A DNA stretch of 64,000 nt from Octopus vulgaris (taxonomy: Eukaryota). The stretch is taken from assembly GCA_951406725.2 (NCBI GenBank), contig OX597819.1, positions 65,224,001-65,288,000 on the forward strand. The letters are read 5' to 3'. Positions 30,790 to 43,825 of the stretch are shown here, piece by piece (position 1 is the first letter of the stretch; every line of letters begins with the position of its first letter). The position numbers were made by a program, and so were the translations under genes. A model generated the notes under the pieces. The model ran no database searches and was not told the origin of the DNA. It saw nothing but the letters and a program-made list of their open reading frames with translations.

Positions 30790-31330
30790 TGTAACTACTG
30801 ATTAATTTACACCATATTACTTCATATTATCCAGATTCTCGGGTGTTAATAGGTGCAATTTGGGGGCTTAGTTAAGCTATTTAATTTAAATGTAGGTACA
30901 TCACTCCAAATATATTTGTTGAACTATTTGCTTCTTCTACATACATTTTTAAGTACCGCTCAGCAAACACTTGTATTTTGTCCGGAACGTCGTTATTGAG
31001 TCAGTGAACTATTTTTGGAAACAAGTTTTGAAAAGGCAGTGAACGCTTGATCTTATTTGACACAAATATTGTTGAAATCTGGGATACTATTCTAGTAACA
31101 TTTTTTTTTTTAGTCTAGTCAACGTCCACTGTGTACTGGAGGTTTTCTTGTGGAGATTTTGTGTAGTTTCATAAGCAACAAATTGATCTCTAAATCGAGG
31201 AATAAGTTGCACATGCTGATGAAATACCCTCCGAAACTGTCTCCTTACTTCAACCATGTTCCCAGTCTTCGAGCTGCAACCATAGGATATATTTCCTTTC
31301 TTCAAACTTTAGTAAAGTTTCCTCACTTAT
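30790..31330 (-). mobile_element. Decayed Tc1/mariner-superfamily transposase (DUF4817-type N-terminal HTH)
   Basis: NMVEVRRQFRRVF...RFRDQFVAYETTQNLHKK; downstream WSDVPTFKLN resembles WSDEAxFKLNG. Confidence 0.55.
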
Positions 31331-32672
31331 TATTAATATATTAAATCTAAATTAAAATTAAAATTGAGTTCACATGATCGACCAGGCACACATAGATACA
31401 TACATACATACATATAAACTGCGTAGAGTCGTGGAAATCAGCTGCCCTGCAAATGTTAGCATAAAGCCGAAAATCCGTGTAAAGGAGAATACCTATTCTG
31501 AAATATAAAGAAATCTGCAGTTACTCTATCTAGATTAAAAGGTCAGATTTATACCTGTAATTTTTGGGTCACTAGGATATGTAACACTCTGTCTAAATAC
31601 CAATATTGAGTTATTAGGTTACTCATAACCGAAAAGTAGAAAGCGTATTCGAAGGCTACACATCGCTGGCCACAATACGCTTTTGTTATGTTTTAGCCTT
31701 CAAATGAAACATCCCTCCAACATTCTGCCCCACCTCCGATCGAAGCAGGGACTGGAACAACGTGAAATTAAGTGTTTTCCTCAAGAGCACAACACGCCAC
31801 CTAGTCATCGATTCGAACCCACGATCTAGCGATTGTGAGTGCAACGGCCTTATCTCTGAGCCACGCGCTTAGGTACATTTTACACTGCGACAATGTTTGG
31901 ACGCTGCCTTCAAGAATTTTTCGTCGAATAAATCGGCTCCAGCACATTTTTTGTGGTGGTGGGATCACACACACATACACACACACAAACACTGGCTATA
32001 GTAGAAGACACTTGCCCAAGTTGGGACCGAACCTGGAACCATGTGGTTGGTAAGCAAGCAACTTACCACACAGTCATTCCTACGCCTATACATGCCAATC
32101 TTTTTTTTTGTTTCATATTCAGAAATAATAAAATAAATTTTATCTTAATCAGATTGGTTATTCTTTACCTTTGGTTAGTACAAATTTTATTAGTACAAAT
32201 GTTATTTTATAGATAAATATTATTAATATTACAGATAGACATTTCCAACGAAGGTTGAACAGACTGTAACTCCAAAGTCACTGTCAATAATATTGTTAAA
32301 GGATTATATATAGATATTACACATACGAGCGTGCGAAGACTTATGTATGTGTGTATGTCTCTATGTGTGCGTGTGTATGTGTTATAAAGTGCTGTCTGAG
32401 TTGTGTTTAACGAATGAAACTCCTAATAGTTTCATATTAACAAACTCCTAATCATATAAACCATATACTGTGTTTGTTGAATAATATTTATATCTCACCA
32501 CATGGAGTAACTTCCTTCACGGAACAGTATAATATATATATATATAAACACACACAGAGAGACAGAGAGAGTGGGAGAGACAGGGAGAAAGATAGAGAAA
32601 GGGGAGAGATCGATAGATAGGTAGGTATATTGATAGATAGTTAGATAGATAATTACACAGACAGACAGACAC

Positions 32673-32745
<73 letters not shown>

Positions 32746-33084
32746 CGATTATGGTTTCAGATTATGTTTGAAGCGGAAGGATAATAAAAATGCCGTCATG
32801 AAGCATTGAACACATCAGGTGCAAGATATAATAAAGTATTTAAAGATTGGTTTATCTTTTAGCACTAGTAAGGATACACATATTGTGAATTATTCAATGA
32901 GTATCTCGGATTAATTTCCTAGGAATACAATAGAACAATTCCTGATTGACACTCATATCGACAAACATGAAAAACTCACATATGTTTAGGTGCATTACCT
33001 CCCCTGAATGAACTCTTCTCCACACTCTTTAAGGAATAATTAGACATTATCAGTTTCCAGCTTATCTGTACATCATATTCTGTA

Positions 33085-33800
33085 TGTATGTCATTATTCA
33101 GTTTATTTCAAGATTTCTTGTCAATAGAGAAAGAAGCGGCTTCTAATCAAGATCCAAGGTTCCTTCATTGGAATTTCAACATCAAATATTTGTTTCTATG
33201 TATGTATGTATTTATGTATGTTTGCATGCATTCGTCCATGCAGGCATGTATGTACGCATTTGCGGATTTGTTTGTTTTATGTATGTATACTCATGCATAT
33301 AGTTGTATGTCTTGACATGCTCGTATATATTTAAATGATAATCTCCTGGAAAGTTTTACAGATTTTGACAGTTCCAGTGATGGATTGGATTTCTTCTCCG
33401 AATTAGCTTTCTTCTTTCTGGTTTTGAGAAGCCTAATTTCTTAAGATTGGTATTTAGGCAGTGTGTTAAATATCCTAGGGCCCCAATAATTACAGATATA
33501 AACTTCAACTTGTAATATGGATAGAGTCACTGCAGATTCCTCAATACTTCAATGAAGGTATTCTTTTTCACTGATCTTCACCTTTATCTTAACATCCGCA
33601 GGGCAGCTAATTTCAACAACTGTACACAGATTCTCTTCTCTATCCCCAATCATTATATCAGGTCTGTTGTGCTTATATTTTATTGAGGCCTTCACTGGTA
33701 CATTGCACCAGTATTCCTTCTTATTATGAGTGGCTATGGCTTCTAACATATTGTGAATTCTTATTTCTTTGGCCTCGGGATTATCCTTCTGGCGGATTTC
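33085..33800 (-). mobile_element. 3' fragment of R4/Dong-like non-LTR retrotransposon (restriction-like endonuclease plus 3' UTR)
   Basis: HNRPDIMI...VVEISCPAD...KISEK, then after a disruption LYPYYKLKFISVIIGALG; bordered by (TATG)n. Confidence 0.75.
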
Positions 33801-33839
33801 AGTATGTATGTATGTATGTATGTATGTATGTATGTATAT

Positions 33840-34365
33840 ACGTAATTTTTCGGTTTTATTTAAATATTTCTTGCCAATATTGAAAGAGCCGGTTTTTAAC
33901 CTAGATCTAAGGTACCATCATTGAAATTTCACCGTCAAAACAGGGAATTTTGTTTGTATGTAAGTATATATGAATGTATGTATGCCCAGAGTTGGAGGTT
34001 TTATGTATGTATTTTCATGCATTTATTTGTATATCTAGACGTCCTCATATATATTAAAACGATAAACTTATGGAAAGTTTTACAGATTTTTACAGTCCCA
34101 GTGATTGACTGGATCTGTAGTCTTCGAATAAGCTTCCTCCTTTTTTATTAGTATTTAGGCAGTGTGAAACATTTACTAGTACCCTAATAATTACAGTATG
34201 ATACATATTCTTGTGCCCAGTAATTACATATCCTAATGCCCTCAAAATTACATTTTAATCGACATGGAGTAACTGCAGATTTCAGAGTAGGTATTTTCTG
34301 TTTCGCCGATTTTCAGCTTTATGTCAACATCCGCTGGATAGATGATTTCCAGGACTATACAAAGT
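33840..34365 (-). mobile_element. Second, more decayed 3' fragment of the same R4/Dong-like family
   Basis: Shares GGAAAGTTTTACAGATTTT..ACAGT.CCAGTGAT and GTATTTAGGCAGTGTG with the first copy; flanked by (TATG)n. Confidence 0.6.
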
Positions 34366-34547
34366 TTCTATATATGTATGTATGTATGCATGTATATATA
34401 TATATGTATGTACGTACGTATGTATGTATGCACGTATGTATGTATGTATGTACGTATGTATGTATGCATGTAAGTAGTCATGTATGCATGTACGTATGTA
34501 TGAAGGTATTTATGTATATATGTACAAATATGATTTGTGTGTGTCTG

Positions 34548-34650
<103 letters not shown>

Positions 34651-35030
34651 ATGTGTGTGTGTGTGTAGCGTGTGTGTGTGTGTATGTGTATGTACGCGTG
34701 GCTGTATTTGTATATGTGTCTGTATGGGTTTTATACGCACACACTCATATTTATGCTTTTATGCACGATTATATACAAATACATATATTTATTTAAATGT
34801 ATTTATATTCAATATTTAGATATGAATGTATATATTTATTATACATATCGGTATATTCATCTATGTGTGTGTATGTGTGTGTGTGTGTGTGTTTGTTTGT
34901 GTGTGCACTTTTGCGTGGGTTTACATAAAAATTCAGTGCGATAAATAGAGACAAAAACAGGTAAATCTATTAGGGTGGCATTTTCCTCCCTCTCTCTGCC
35001 TCTGTTCACATCTCTTTCTCTCTCTCTCCC

Positions 35031-35090
<60 letters not shown>

Positions 35091-35759
35091 CTTCCAATTC
35101 AGTCCACCATTGTATTCCCTTCTTTCATACGCTAGTTTGATTTTATCTCATGTGATCTTTGAAATATCTTCAAACAATCATATTTTTCCGTGTGTCTGCA
35201 CCTCAACAACATTTATCGTCTTTTGTTGAGCATATATAATACTTCTGTATGAGATAGTTATGGATATCGGCTACATAGACGTATCACCTTTACAAATCAT
35301 TTAACGTAAGTTTTTACAGTTTAAACTAGAGAATAGCTTACATCAATGTTATGAATTTCTCTTCCCTTCCGGCTCCAGATACTATTCAATGTTAAAGTTG
35401 TCTTTCATGAGTACATCTTGTATTTTGCTCACACAGACAAATACACACAAACAAACACACGCACACACACACACACACACGCACACATATGTATACATAC
35501 GCACACTCAAGCACACAAACATACACATACAGACATACACGTATACATACAGATTGATCAGTTGAATTTCCCGAGGAAATCAAATAATGATAGTTTCGTA
35601 CACCGGCACCCATCAAGCCTACACATTATATATATGTACAGAGAGAGAGAGAGAGAGAGAGAGAAAGAAAGAAAGAGTGACGGTGAGAGAGAAAACGTAA
35701 GGTATATATGTACATCACACACGCATATATATATATATATATATATAAAACGAGAGTAA

Positions 35760-37096
35760 ATATTGTTTTTTCATGACCATCTCACATGTTTGACCTACGC
35801 TTCTAAAAGTTCCACGCACATGGAACCCCTTGAACGTTCTTTAGACAGCAGCCATACTAAATTCGGCAGAGTTTAAATACTGGACTGAATCTAAAAATGG
35901 GGTGAAAGAAATCCAATTATTGGAACGGATTATGTGGACGATTCCATTTGGTTGAGTACGCAGGCTGCAAATCTCGTGATGCAACGATCGAATTGTGTAA
36001 AATCGGATGGAAAAGTGAAATTTATAAGATGTAAGGAATTATAGCGCTGATTTAAAAAGAGGGGTATGTACAAATAATATTCTTTTCTACTCTAGGCACA
36101 AGGCCCGAAATTTTGGTGGGGAGGAGCCAGTAGATTAGATCGACCCCAGTACGCAACTGGTAATTAATTTATCGAACCCGAAAAGATGAAAGGCAAAGTC
36201 GACCTCGGCGGAATTTGAACTCAGAACATAAAGACAGACGAAATACCTCTTTCTTTACTACCCACAAGGGGCTAAACACAGTGAGGACAAACGGATTAAA
36301 TCGATTATATCGGCCCCAGTGTGTGACTAGTACTTAATTTATCGACCCCGAAAGGATGACAGGCAAAGTCGACCCCGGCGAAATTTGAACTCAGAACGCA
36401 GCGGTGGACGAAATACCACAAAGCATTTCGCCCGGTGTGCTAACGTTACAACACATAATATAAGGAGAAATGTTATTTTAAAAAAAGGGGAGCGCATGTG
36501 CAAACATTATACACAGAAATTTCTTTTATAATATTTGGAAGATATCACCCGTTCCCGACAAACTAGCCAACAGTAGATTTACTTATATATATATTTTTAT
36601 TACTTTTTATTTTATTATATTGCAAATAATTTCTATTTCCATATATATTATAATATTATTATTATTAGTGTATATTTTTCATATTCTCTTTGTATTTACA
36701 TTTTCTTTATATATATAGTAGTGTATATTATATTTGCACATGCCCCACTTTCAAAAAAATGTTCCCTCCTTCATTATGCGTTTTGCATATTAATTGTACA
36801 TACACATTTTTTAAAATCTGCTCTATAATTCCTTACATCTTATAAAATTTTATTTTTCATTAGGTTTTACATCGTTCGATCGTCGCATCTCGAGGTTTGT
36901 AGTCTGCGTACTCAGCCTAATGGTATCTTCCACATAATCCGTTCAAAATAATTGGGTTTCTTTCGCCTTGTTTTTAAATTCGGTCCAGTATCTAAACAGC
37001 TTAAGTTTGATGGTATGTCTGCCTTCTAAGCAACTTTCTATGTGCGTGAAACTTTTTGAAGCATGCGCCATACAAGTGATGTTGTCATGAAAGCCA

Positions 37097-37100
<4 letters not shown>
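35760..37100. mobile_element. Old foldback/MITE-like element, left arm interrupted by a SINE
   Basis: 35760-36079 plus 36450-36515 are inverted relative to 36720-37100, e.g. TTTATAAGATGTAAGGAATTATAG / CTATAATTCCTTACATCTTATAAA. Confidence 0.65.
36080..36447 (-). mobile_element. SINE family D, two copies in tandem
   Basis: Two successive AGGCAAAGTCGACC.CGGCG.AATTTGAACTCAGAAC blocks with different 3' tails. Confidence 0.75.
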
Positions 37101-37147
<47 letters not shown>

Positions 37148-37823
37148 ACATTATAGATACACGTATACGTAATATTAAATATATATATATATTCTCTCTC
37201 ATTTCCATATTCCTTTTCTAGCATCCAAACTTCCTCTCTTCCTTAGCTTGCTGGTCAATATCTCTCTCGTTCCCTGCTATTTCTTTGTCTATGTCCATTG
37301 ATGATTTCTTCCAGGAGTTACCCATCATTCTCGTCAATTTGGCCGAAAGGTCGTATTTATTCGTATTCGTTAATCGTTTTAAAGTACACTTCTTTACTTT
37401 CGAACGTTCACTCCCTATCGTTTTGTTTGCTCGAACACTAATACTTGGCAAATCTTGCGGGTGCCGCCGATATGTGAAATTCTCAGTCTTATCGTTAAAT
37501 GCATGAAACTGAGTATTAACATTTCGGTTGGTAACTGAAGAAGAGTTAGGGTCCTTCTGTGTCAGTCCTACATGTACGTTGTTTAGTGTTTAATAGATTT
37601 TCATGTATTAAGTAACTAAACGCCACGCATCTCCACTTTTTTTAACAGTAAGTTTGTGTGTGGTTACATAGATAGAGAGACAGACAGACCGACAGAAAGA
37701 AACCGATAAATTGATAGATAGATAGACTGATAAATAGTTGGATAGATAGATAGGGAGATAGTTATATAGACAGAGTGATAGATACAGAGAAAGAGACTGA
37801 TAAACAGACTGACAGATAGATAA

Positions 37824-37914
<91 letters not shown>

Positions 37915-38329
37915 TAGTTTGGGGGTGCATTGACGAATTTCACACATATGACCGTGTGCTGCTCCCATTACATCGAAAGTAATCTGATATTTAATGTTTG
38001 GTTATTTAACGAAGAGATGAAAAATATTGATGTGTTCGCGACGAGCAAACTTCTTTAAAACAGCATCTTGCTCGAATCTCGGTACCAATGTCGCTAATGT
38101 AACACATCTCCACATACTCCGTGTGCTTGATTTTTGTTCTATTATTATACGGAACGTTAAACGAGAAAGACGGGGATGACGATGCGATGAGAAAAATAAT
38201 TTTAGTTGATAACCGGTATTATAATTTCATTTCTCCATCAAGAACACAAGACTGATTCTAGTTAAGTTTCCGGTCCAACGACTATCAACAGAGATGATCT
38301 GCTTCATCGATTCATTCTACAGCACCCAT

Positions 38330-38932
38330 ATGTGTTTGTGTTTGAGTGCGTGTGTGTGTGTGCGAGTGTGTGTATGTGATTGAGTGTGCGTGTGTGTGCG
38401 TGCGAGTGTGTGTGTGTATGTGTGTAATTGTATTTGTGTATGTGTCTGTGCGTGTATGTCTGTGACGTATACACTTGTATGTCTTTATGATTTACGTATG
38501 TATGTGTGCGTTTCTTCATGTAGGTATGTGTGTATTTCTGTATGTATGTATGAATGCATGTGTTTGTGTGTGTGTGTGTGCATATGCATATGTGCATGTG
38601 TGTATGCGTTTGTGTGTATGTGTGTTTCATTGTGTATGCGTATGTGTGTTTCTGGGTATTTTCCATGTTTCTGTGAACATTTGCCCGTTTTAGTATGTGT
38701 TTGCGTGTGTACGTGTGCTTATATATACGTGAATATGTATCTGTGTGTTTGTATATGTATCTGTGCTTGTATATATATGTGTGTGTGTGTGTGTGCACGC
38801 GTACGCATTTCTGTTTGTGTATCTGGGTTTGTCTGTGTATGTGTGCACGTTTACTTGCATGAGTTCCTGCATGTGTGTATTGGCGTGTGAGCTTGTGTGA
38901 GTGTATGTGTATGTGTGTGCCTGTATGTGTGT

Positions 38933-38979
<47 letters not shown>

Positions 38980-39010
38980 TGTGTGTGTCTGTGTGTGTGT
39001 GTCTGTGTGC
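38330..39010. repeat. Long degenerate (TG)n tract
   Basis: Direct reading. Confidence 0.9.
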
Positions 39011-39550
39011 GCACGGAGAGAGTGCGTGCAGAATAAAGAACAAGTTCGTTACGACTTTTGAATAACAAATATTTATTCGTTTACATTACAGAATTTTCGA
39101 TGTAAGTGGAATTAACGAAACCAAATGATGTGTTGCTTCATTTATATTCTACAAGTGTTTTGCGAAGCACTTCAATGTCAGTAGCTGCAGTAATTTGGAT
39201 ATCTTGATGGCAACATTATCCATAGCGCCATAGCAGAAGTTTTATGCTCTTTATATTGCACATCGAGTGGTATTTATAAAAAAAAAATCCTATAGTAATT
39301 TCGGTTGATGAAGAAATATTTTTCTGCTCAATGGGAAAAAAGGATATGATTATATTGGATAATACGAAATAAGGATGCTTCTTTATATATTTGATGTTAT
39401 GGTTTTCTCTATGTTTCATTCTCTATTCCAATTTCCGATTAAATACATATACTTCACGTTTCGTTTTCATTTTCCTCTCACTGAATATTTCTAATGTATA
39501 TCATAAACCCATATGTGTATCTGCGTGCATGTATGTATATGTCTATCTAA

Positions 39551-39623
<73 letters not shown>

Positions 39624-39662
39624 CGTATGTCTGTCTATCTATCTACCTATCTCTCTCTCTCT

Positions 39663-39708
<46 letters not shown>

Positions 39709-39761
39709 TCATGTAATTATATATTATACATGTATGTATATATAATTATATATATATGTAT

Positions 39762-40420
39762 TGATTCAATATAGAGAAAACAAATTCTTTAAAAAATTCT
39801 GTTAGCTTGCCTTCCCAGATTTCAGCACGACATGTGTTTATGGTGGATGTATATTGTAATATGATTGACGACTTAAAGTCTGTACTCAGCATATTGGCAT
39901 AGAAATCATTTTCTTTTGCCCTCGTATGCAATTGTTTATAATTTTCACCTTTAAAATTATTTTGATATTCTGGCGACTGTGATGAAATTTTTTGGGAAAA
40001 CATTTATCCTATATTAGAATAAAATCTATTACCATTCACTTTGGGACTAGTAGCCACTAAAAGTTGTGGTTCTTGACTAGTCACACGAGTGCTGAGGCTT
40101 GCTAAAGAATTTTACATTTAGATATAACTGGGGTACTTATGTGTACACATGACTGTGGCTTCAGCTTTTCTCCATGGGTTCTCGTAAGTATTTCATTTAT
40201 TTCTTATCGAATTCTCTACTGATCAGGGAAAATCCGTGGGATTAATCGCGAAACTGATTCAATATAGAGGTAACGCATTTTTTAAATAACCTGCTAGCTT
40301 GCCTTCCTCGATTTCAACATGACGTGTATTCATGGAGAATGTATTTTGTAATTTTGTAATAGATGATTTAAAGTCTATTCTCAGCATATTGACATAGAAA
40401 TCTTTCTTTTGCCCTTGTTT
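39762..40420 (+). mobile_element. Old ~1.3-copy direct repeat (period ~493 bp) with a decayed hammerhead at the junction (40214-40269)
   Basis: 39762-39925 resembles 40255-40420. Motif: CUCUA-CUGAUCA-GGGA...UCGC-GAAA-CUGAUUCA-AUA|UAGAG. Confidence 0.6.
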
Positions 40421-40459
40421 ATAAATGGATATATATGTATATATATATATATATATAAA

Positions 40460-40577
40460 GTTAATCCAAACAAGAAAACAAAAAAGACAACAACGCAAGG
40501 AGGTGGAACAATTAAAGTATTATTAGGCGCTCAGGAAAAAGGGAAGAACGACGTTTCGAGCGGAGCTCTTCGTCGGA
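40460..40577 (-). mobile_element. Truncated copy of the 60625-60830 family
   Basis: Shares TTAATCCAAAC...ACAACGC...GCTCAGGAAA...ACGTTTCGAGCGGAGCTCTTCGTCGGA. Confidence 0.55.
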
Positions 40578-40602
40578 TATATATATATATATGTGTGTGT
40601 GT

Positions 40603-40907
40603 GGAGGCGCAATGGCCCAGTGGTTAGGGCAGCGGACTCGTGGTCGTAGGATCGCGGTTTCGAATCCCAGACCGGGCATTGTGAGTGTTTATTGAGCGGA
40701 AACGCCTAAAAGCTCCACGACGCTCCGGCAGGGGGTGGTGATACCTGCTGTACTCTTTCACCACTCTTTCTCCCACTCTTTCTTCTGTTGGCCTGCTCGC
40801 TTAGCCAGCGGGGTGGCGTCATTCAAAGGCTAAAACAATGCGAACGCATTGTGACCAGCGATGTGTAATCACATCTGATGGTCTGGTCGGTCACGTGATC
40901 ACATGAT
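40603..40907 (+). mobile_element. tRNA-derived SINE family C, full length
   Basis: GGAGGCGCAATGGCCCAGTGGTTAGGGCAGCGGACTCG...GTTTCGAATCCC head; partial copy at 22666-22833 (minus). Confidence 0.8.
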
Positions 40908-40963
40908 ATATATCATTGCATAAATATGTAATTTATTTACATACGAAGGCTAGTCTGTATATA

Positions 40964-41009
<46 letters not shown>

Positions 41010-41019
41010 TATACATATA

Positions 41020-41053
<34 letters not shown>

Positions 41054-41066
41054 CATATATATATAC

Positions 41067-41139
<73 letters not shown>

Positions 41140-41149
41140 TATACATATT

Positions 41150-41557
41150 TTTATATTGTATAGAGGGCATCATTACACATAAATGCCACATGCTAGGAGG
41201 GACACTTAAAGTCATAACTACCAAATATAAACAAATTGTACCGAATGCAATTCTCAAAGCGAGTCATTTAAAAACAGAATTTAGCTCCATATAACCTGTG
41301 ATTTCGCAATTAACGCGTCCATATCACCTTTTTGTTTATTTAGGATATATTTTGAATTCGCTTCATTGAAGAGCAAGGGACTCGTATAACGCGTTAATTG
41401 CGAAATCACAGGTGATATGGAGCTAAATTCTGTTTTTAAACGACTAGCTTTGAGAATTGCATTCGGTACAATTTGTTTATATTTGGTAGTTATTACTTTA
41501 AGAGCCCCTCCTAGCATGTGGCATTTATGAGTAAGGATGCCCTCTATACAATATAAA
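41150..41557. mobile_element. Foldback element, ~170-bp inverted arms
   Basis: 41150-41318 is inverted relative to 41389-41557 with few mismatches; (TA)n tracts lie nearby on both sides. Confidence 0.8.
41360..41423 (+). ncRNA. Type I hammerhead with a C3U core variant
   Basis: GCUUCA-UUGAAGA-GCAA...UUGC-GAAA-UCACAGGUG-AUA|UGGAGC. Confidence 0.68.
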
Positions 41558-41654
41558 TAAATATTTACAGTTTTTTTCTCTTATGAGGTTTTTCACGCTA
41601 ACTACCTGATAATTTCTTAAGATTTCTTATTAAGATTTTATCCTATTTTTTTAA

Positions 41655-41718
<64 letters not shown>

Positions 41719-41726
41719 TTATACAT

Positions 41727-41801
<75 letters not shown>

Positions 41802-41802
<1 letters not shown>

Positions 41803-42205
41803 GCGCAAGAGTGGCTGTGTGGTAAGTAGCTTGCTAACCAACCACATGGTTCCGGGTTCAGTCCCACTGCGTGGCATCTTGGGCAAGTGTCTTCTGCTAT
41901 AGCCCCGGGCCGACCAATGCCTTGTGAGTGGATTTGGTAGACGGAAACTGAAAGAAGCCTGTCGTATATATGTATATATATATATGTATGTGTGTGTTTG
42001 TGTGTCTGTGTTTGTCACCCTAGCATTGCTTGACAACCGATGCTGGTGTGCTTACGTCCCCGTCGCTTAACGGTTCGGCAAAAGAGACCGATAGAATAAG
42101 TAATGGGCTTACAAAGATTAGTCCCGGGGTCGATTTGCTCGTCTAAAGGTGGTGCTCCAGCATGGCCGCAGTTACATGACTGAAACAAGTAAAAGAGTAA
42201 AAGAG
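41802..42205 (+). mobile_element. tRNA-derived SINE, family A, full length
   Basis: A box TGGCTGTGTGG, B box GGTTCAGTCC, internal (TA)/(TG) tract, AAAAGAGT tail; many copies in window. Confidence 0.85.
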
Positions 42206-42226
42206 AGGAAAGAGATAGATAGATGC

Positions 42227-42305
<79 letters not shown>

Positions 42306-42910
42306 CATGGATAAATAGATAGATAAATAGATGGATAGATAGGTAGGTAAGTAGATTGATAGATATTTATATATAGATATATACATAAGTGAACGTGTGT
42401 GTATGTATGTGAATATTTATATTTATATGTGAATATACATTTCTTTAAATGTGTGTATGTATGTGCCTTTTCGCGTGATTGTGCTACAAAAATAATCCTA
42501 GGTTTCAGTTGAAGTGCGAAACTGCATTTAGTTTTCTGCGTCCATTTTGTAACAATAACTCAAAGGTGGTATATATTGGCGTCCTTTCTTCTCTCCTTAA
42601 TTTGCTGGAATTTTCGCTACATATTTATCGATTTACAATCTCAAAAACATGTCATAGAAATTAATCATAACAAACGCTCAAATTGAGCACCATAAAGTTC
42701 GGGGAAGAGTTAAATCGATGAGATCGACTCCAGTTTTAAACTGAAAGTTATTTTATCGACTCCAAAACGATAAAAGCCAAGAAGACGTTCACAGTAAGCG
42801 AAATGAGAATGTGAAGACGGACAAAATGCTGCTATGCATGACGTCCGGCGTGCTAACGCTTCTGGCAACTCGGCATTAATGATAAAATGCAACGATTGGG
42901 TTACATATCT

Positions 42911-42942
<32 letters not shown>

Positions 42943-42969
42943 CTATCTGTCTATCTATCTATCTATCTA

Positions 42970-43003
<34 letters not shown>

Positions 43004-43226
43004 ATCAATATAGGGTGGCAAAAAAAATTTTGTAGAATTCTTTTGCCTCCAGCGGCCTAGTGGGAAAAAATTAAATAGTCATAAACCATTTTTAAGTTCA
43101 ACATTAACAATCAAGGAACGGCCATAATAGGCCATTCACCCACTAGAAATAACAGCCAAAAGCTTTAACCGCAAAATAACGTCAATTCCGTAAACCAGGA
43201 GAAAATTGAAAAACATTTACCCTGTA

Positions 43227-43333
43227 ATTTCTTAGACGATGCACCGTTTCATCTTCTGTTTAATGGAAAACTAACCTGATTAAATTAAATCAAGCCAATC
43301 TACCATAGGCCCTTAGATTCATCAGTAAGAAAT
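43227..43333 (-). ncRNA. Type I hammerhead ribozyme, copy 1
   Basis: Minus strand: AUUUCUUA-CUGAUGA-AUCU...AGAU-GAAA-CGGUGCAUC-GUC|UAAGAAAU. Has an 8-bp stem I, intact core, near-palindromic stem III and a GUC triplet. Confidence 0.88.
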
Positions 43334-43718
43334 AGCCAAACCGGAACAGATATTTTTCACGAGGCATTCTCATTGCTACCTCGTCAATATCTGACCTAAA
43401 ATTTTCAAATCGTCGCACTCGCGCCAAATTTATCGGCAGCAAATAAATATAAGCCGCCGATTCCATTACGGAATTAACCAGAAAATTCATAATTAATCAA
43501 TATAGGGTGGCAAAAAAAATTTTGTAGAATTCTTTTGCCTCCAGCGGCCTAGTGGGAAAAAATTAAATAGTCATAAACCATTTTTAAGTTCAACATTAAC
43601 AATCAAGGAACGGCCATAATAGGCCATTCACCCACTAGAAATAACAGCCAAAAGCTTTAACCGCAAAATAACGTCAATTCCGTAAACCAGGAGAAAATTG
43701 AAAAACATTTACCCTGTA

Positions 43719-43825
43719 ATTTCTTAGACGATGCACCGTTTCATCTTCTGTTTAATGGAAAACTAACCTGATTAAATTAAATCAAGCCAATCTACCATAG
43801 GCCCTTAGATTCATCAGTAAGAAAT
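43719..43825 (-). ncRNA. Type I hammerhead ribozyme, copy 2
   Basis: Same sequence as copy 1, +492 bp. Confidence 0.88.

Noticed and set aside
40603-40675. tRNA-like sequences here and at 59781-59850
   Set aside because: They are SINE heads continuing into SINE bodies, without a proper acceptor stem.
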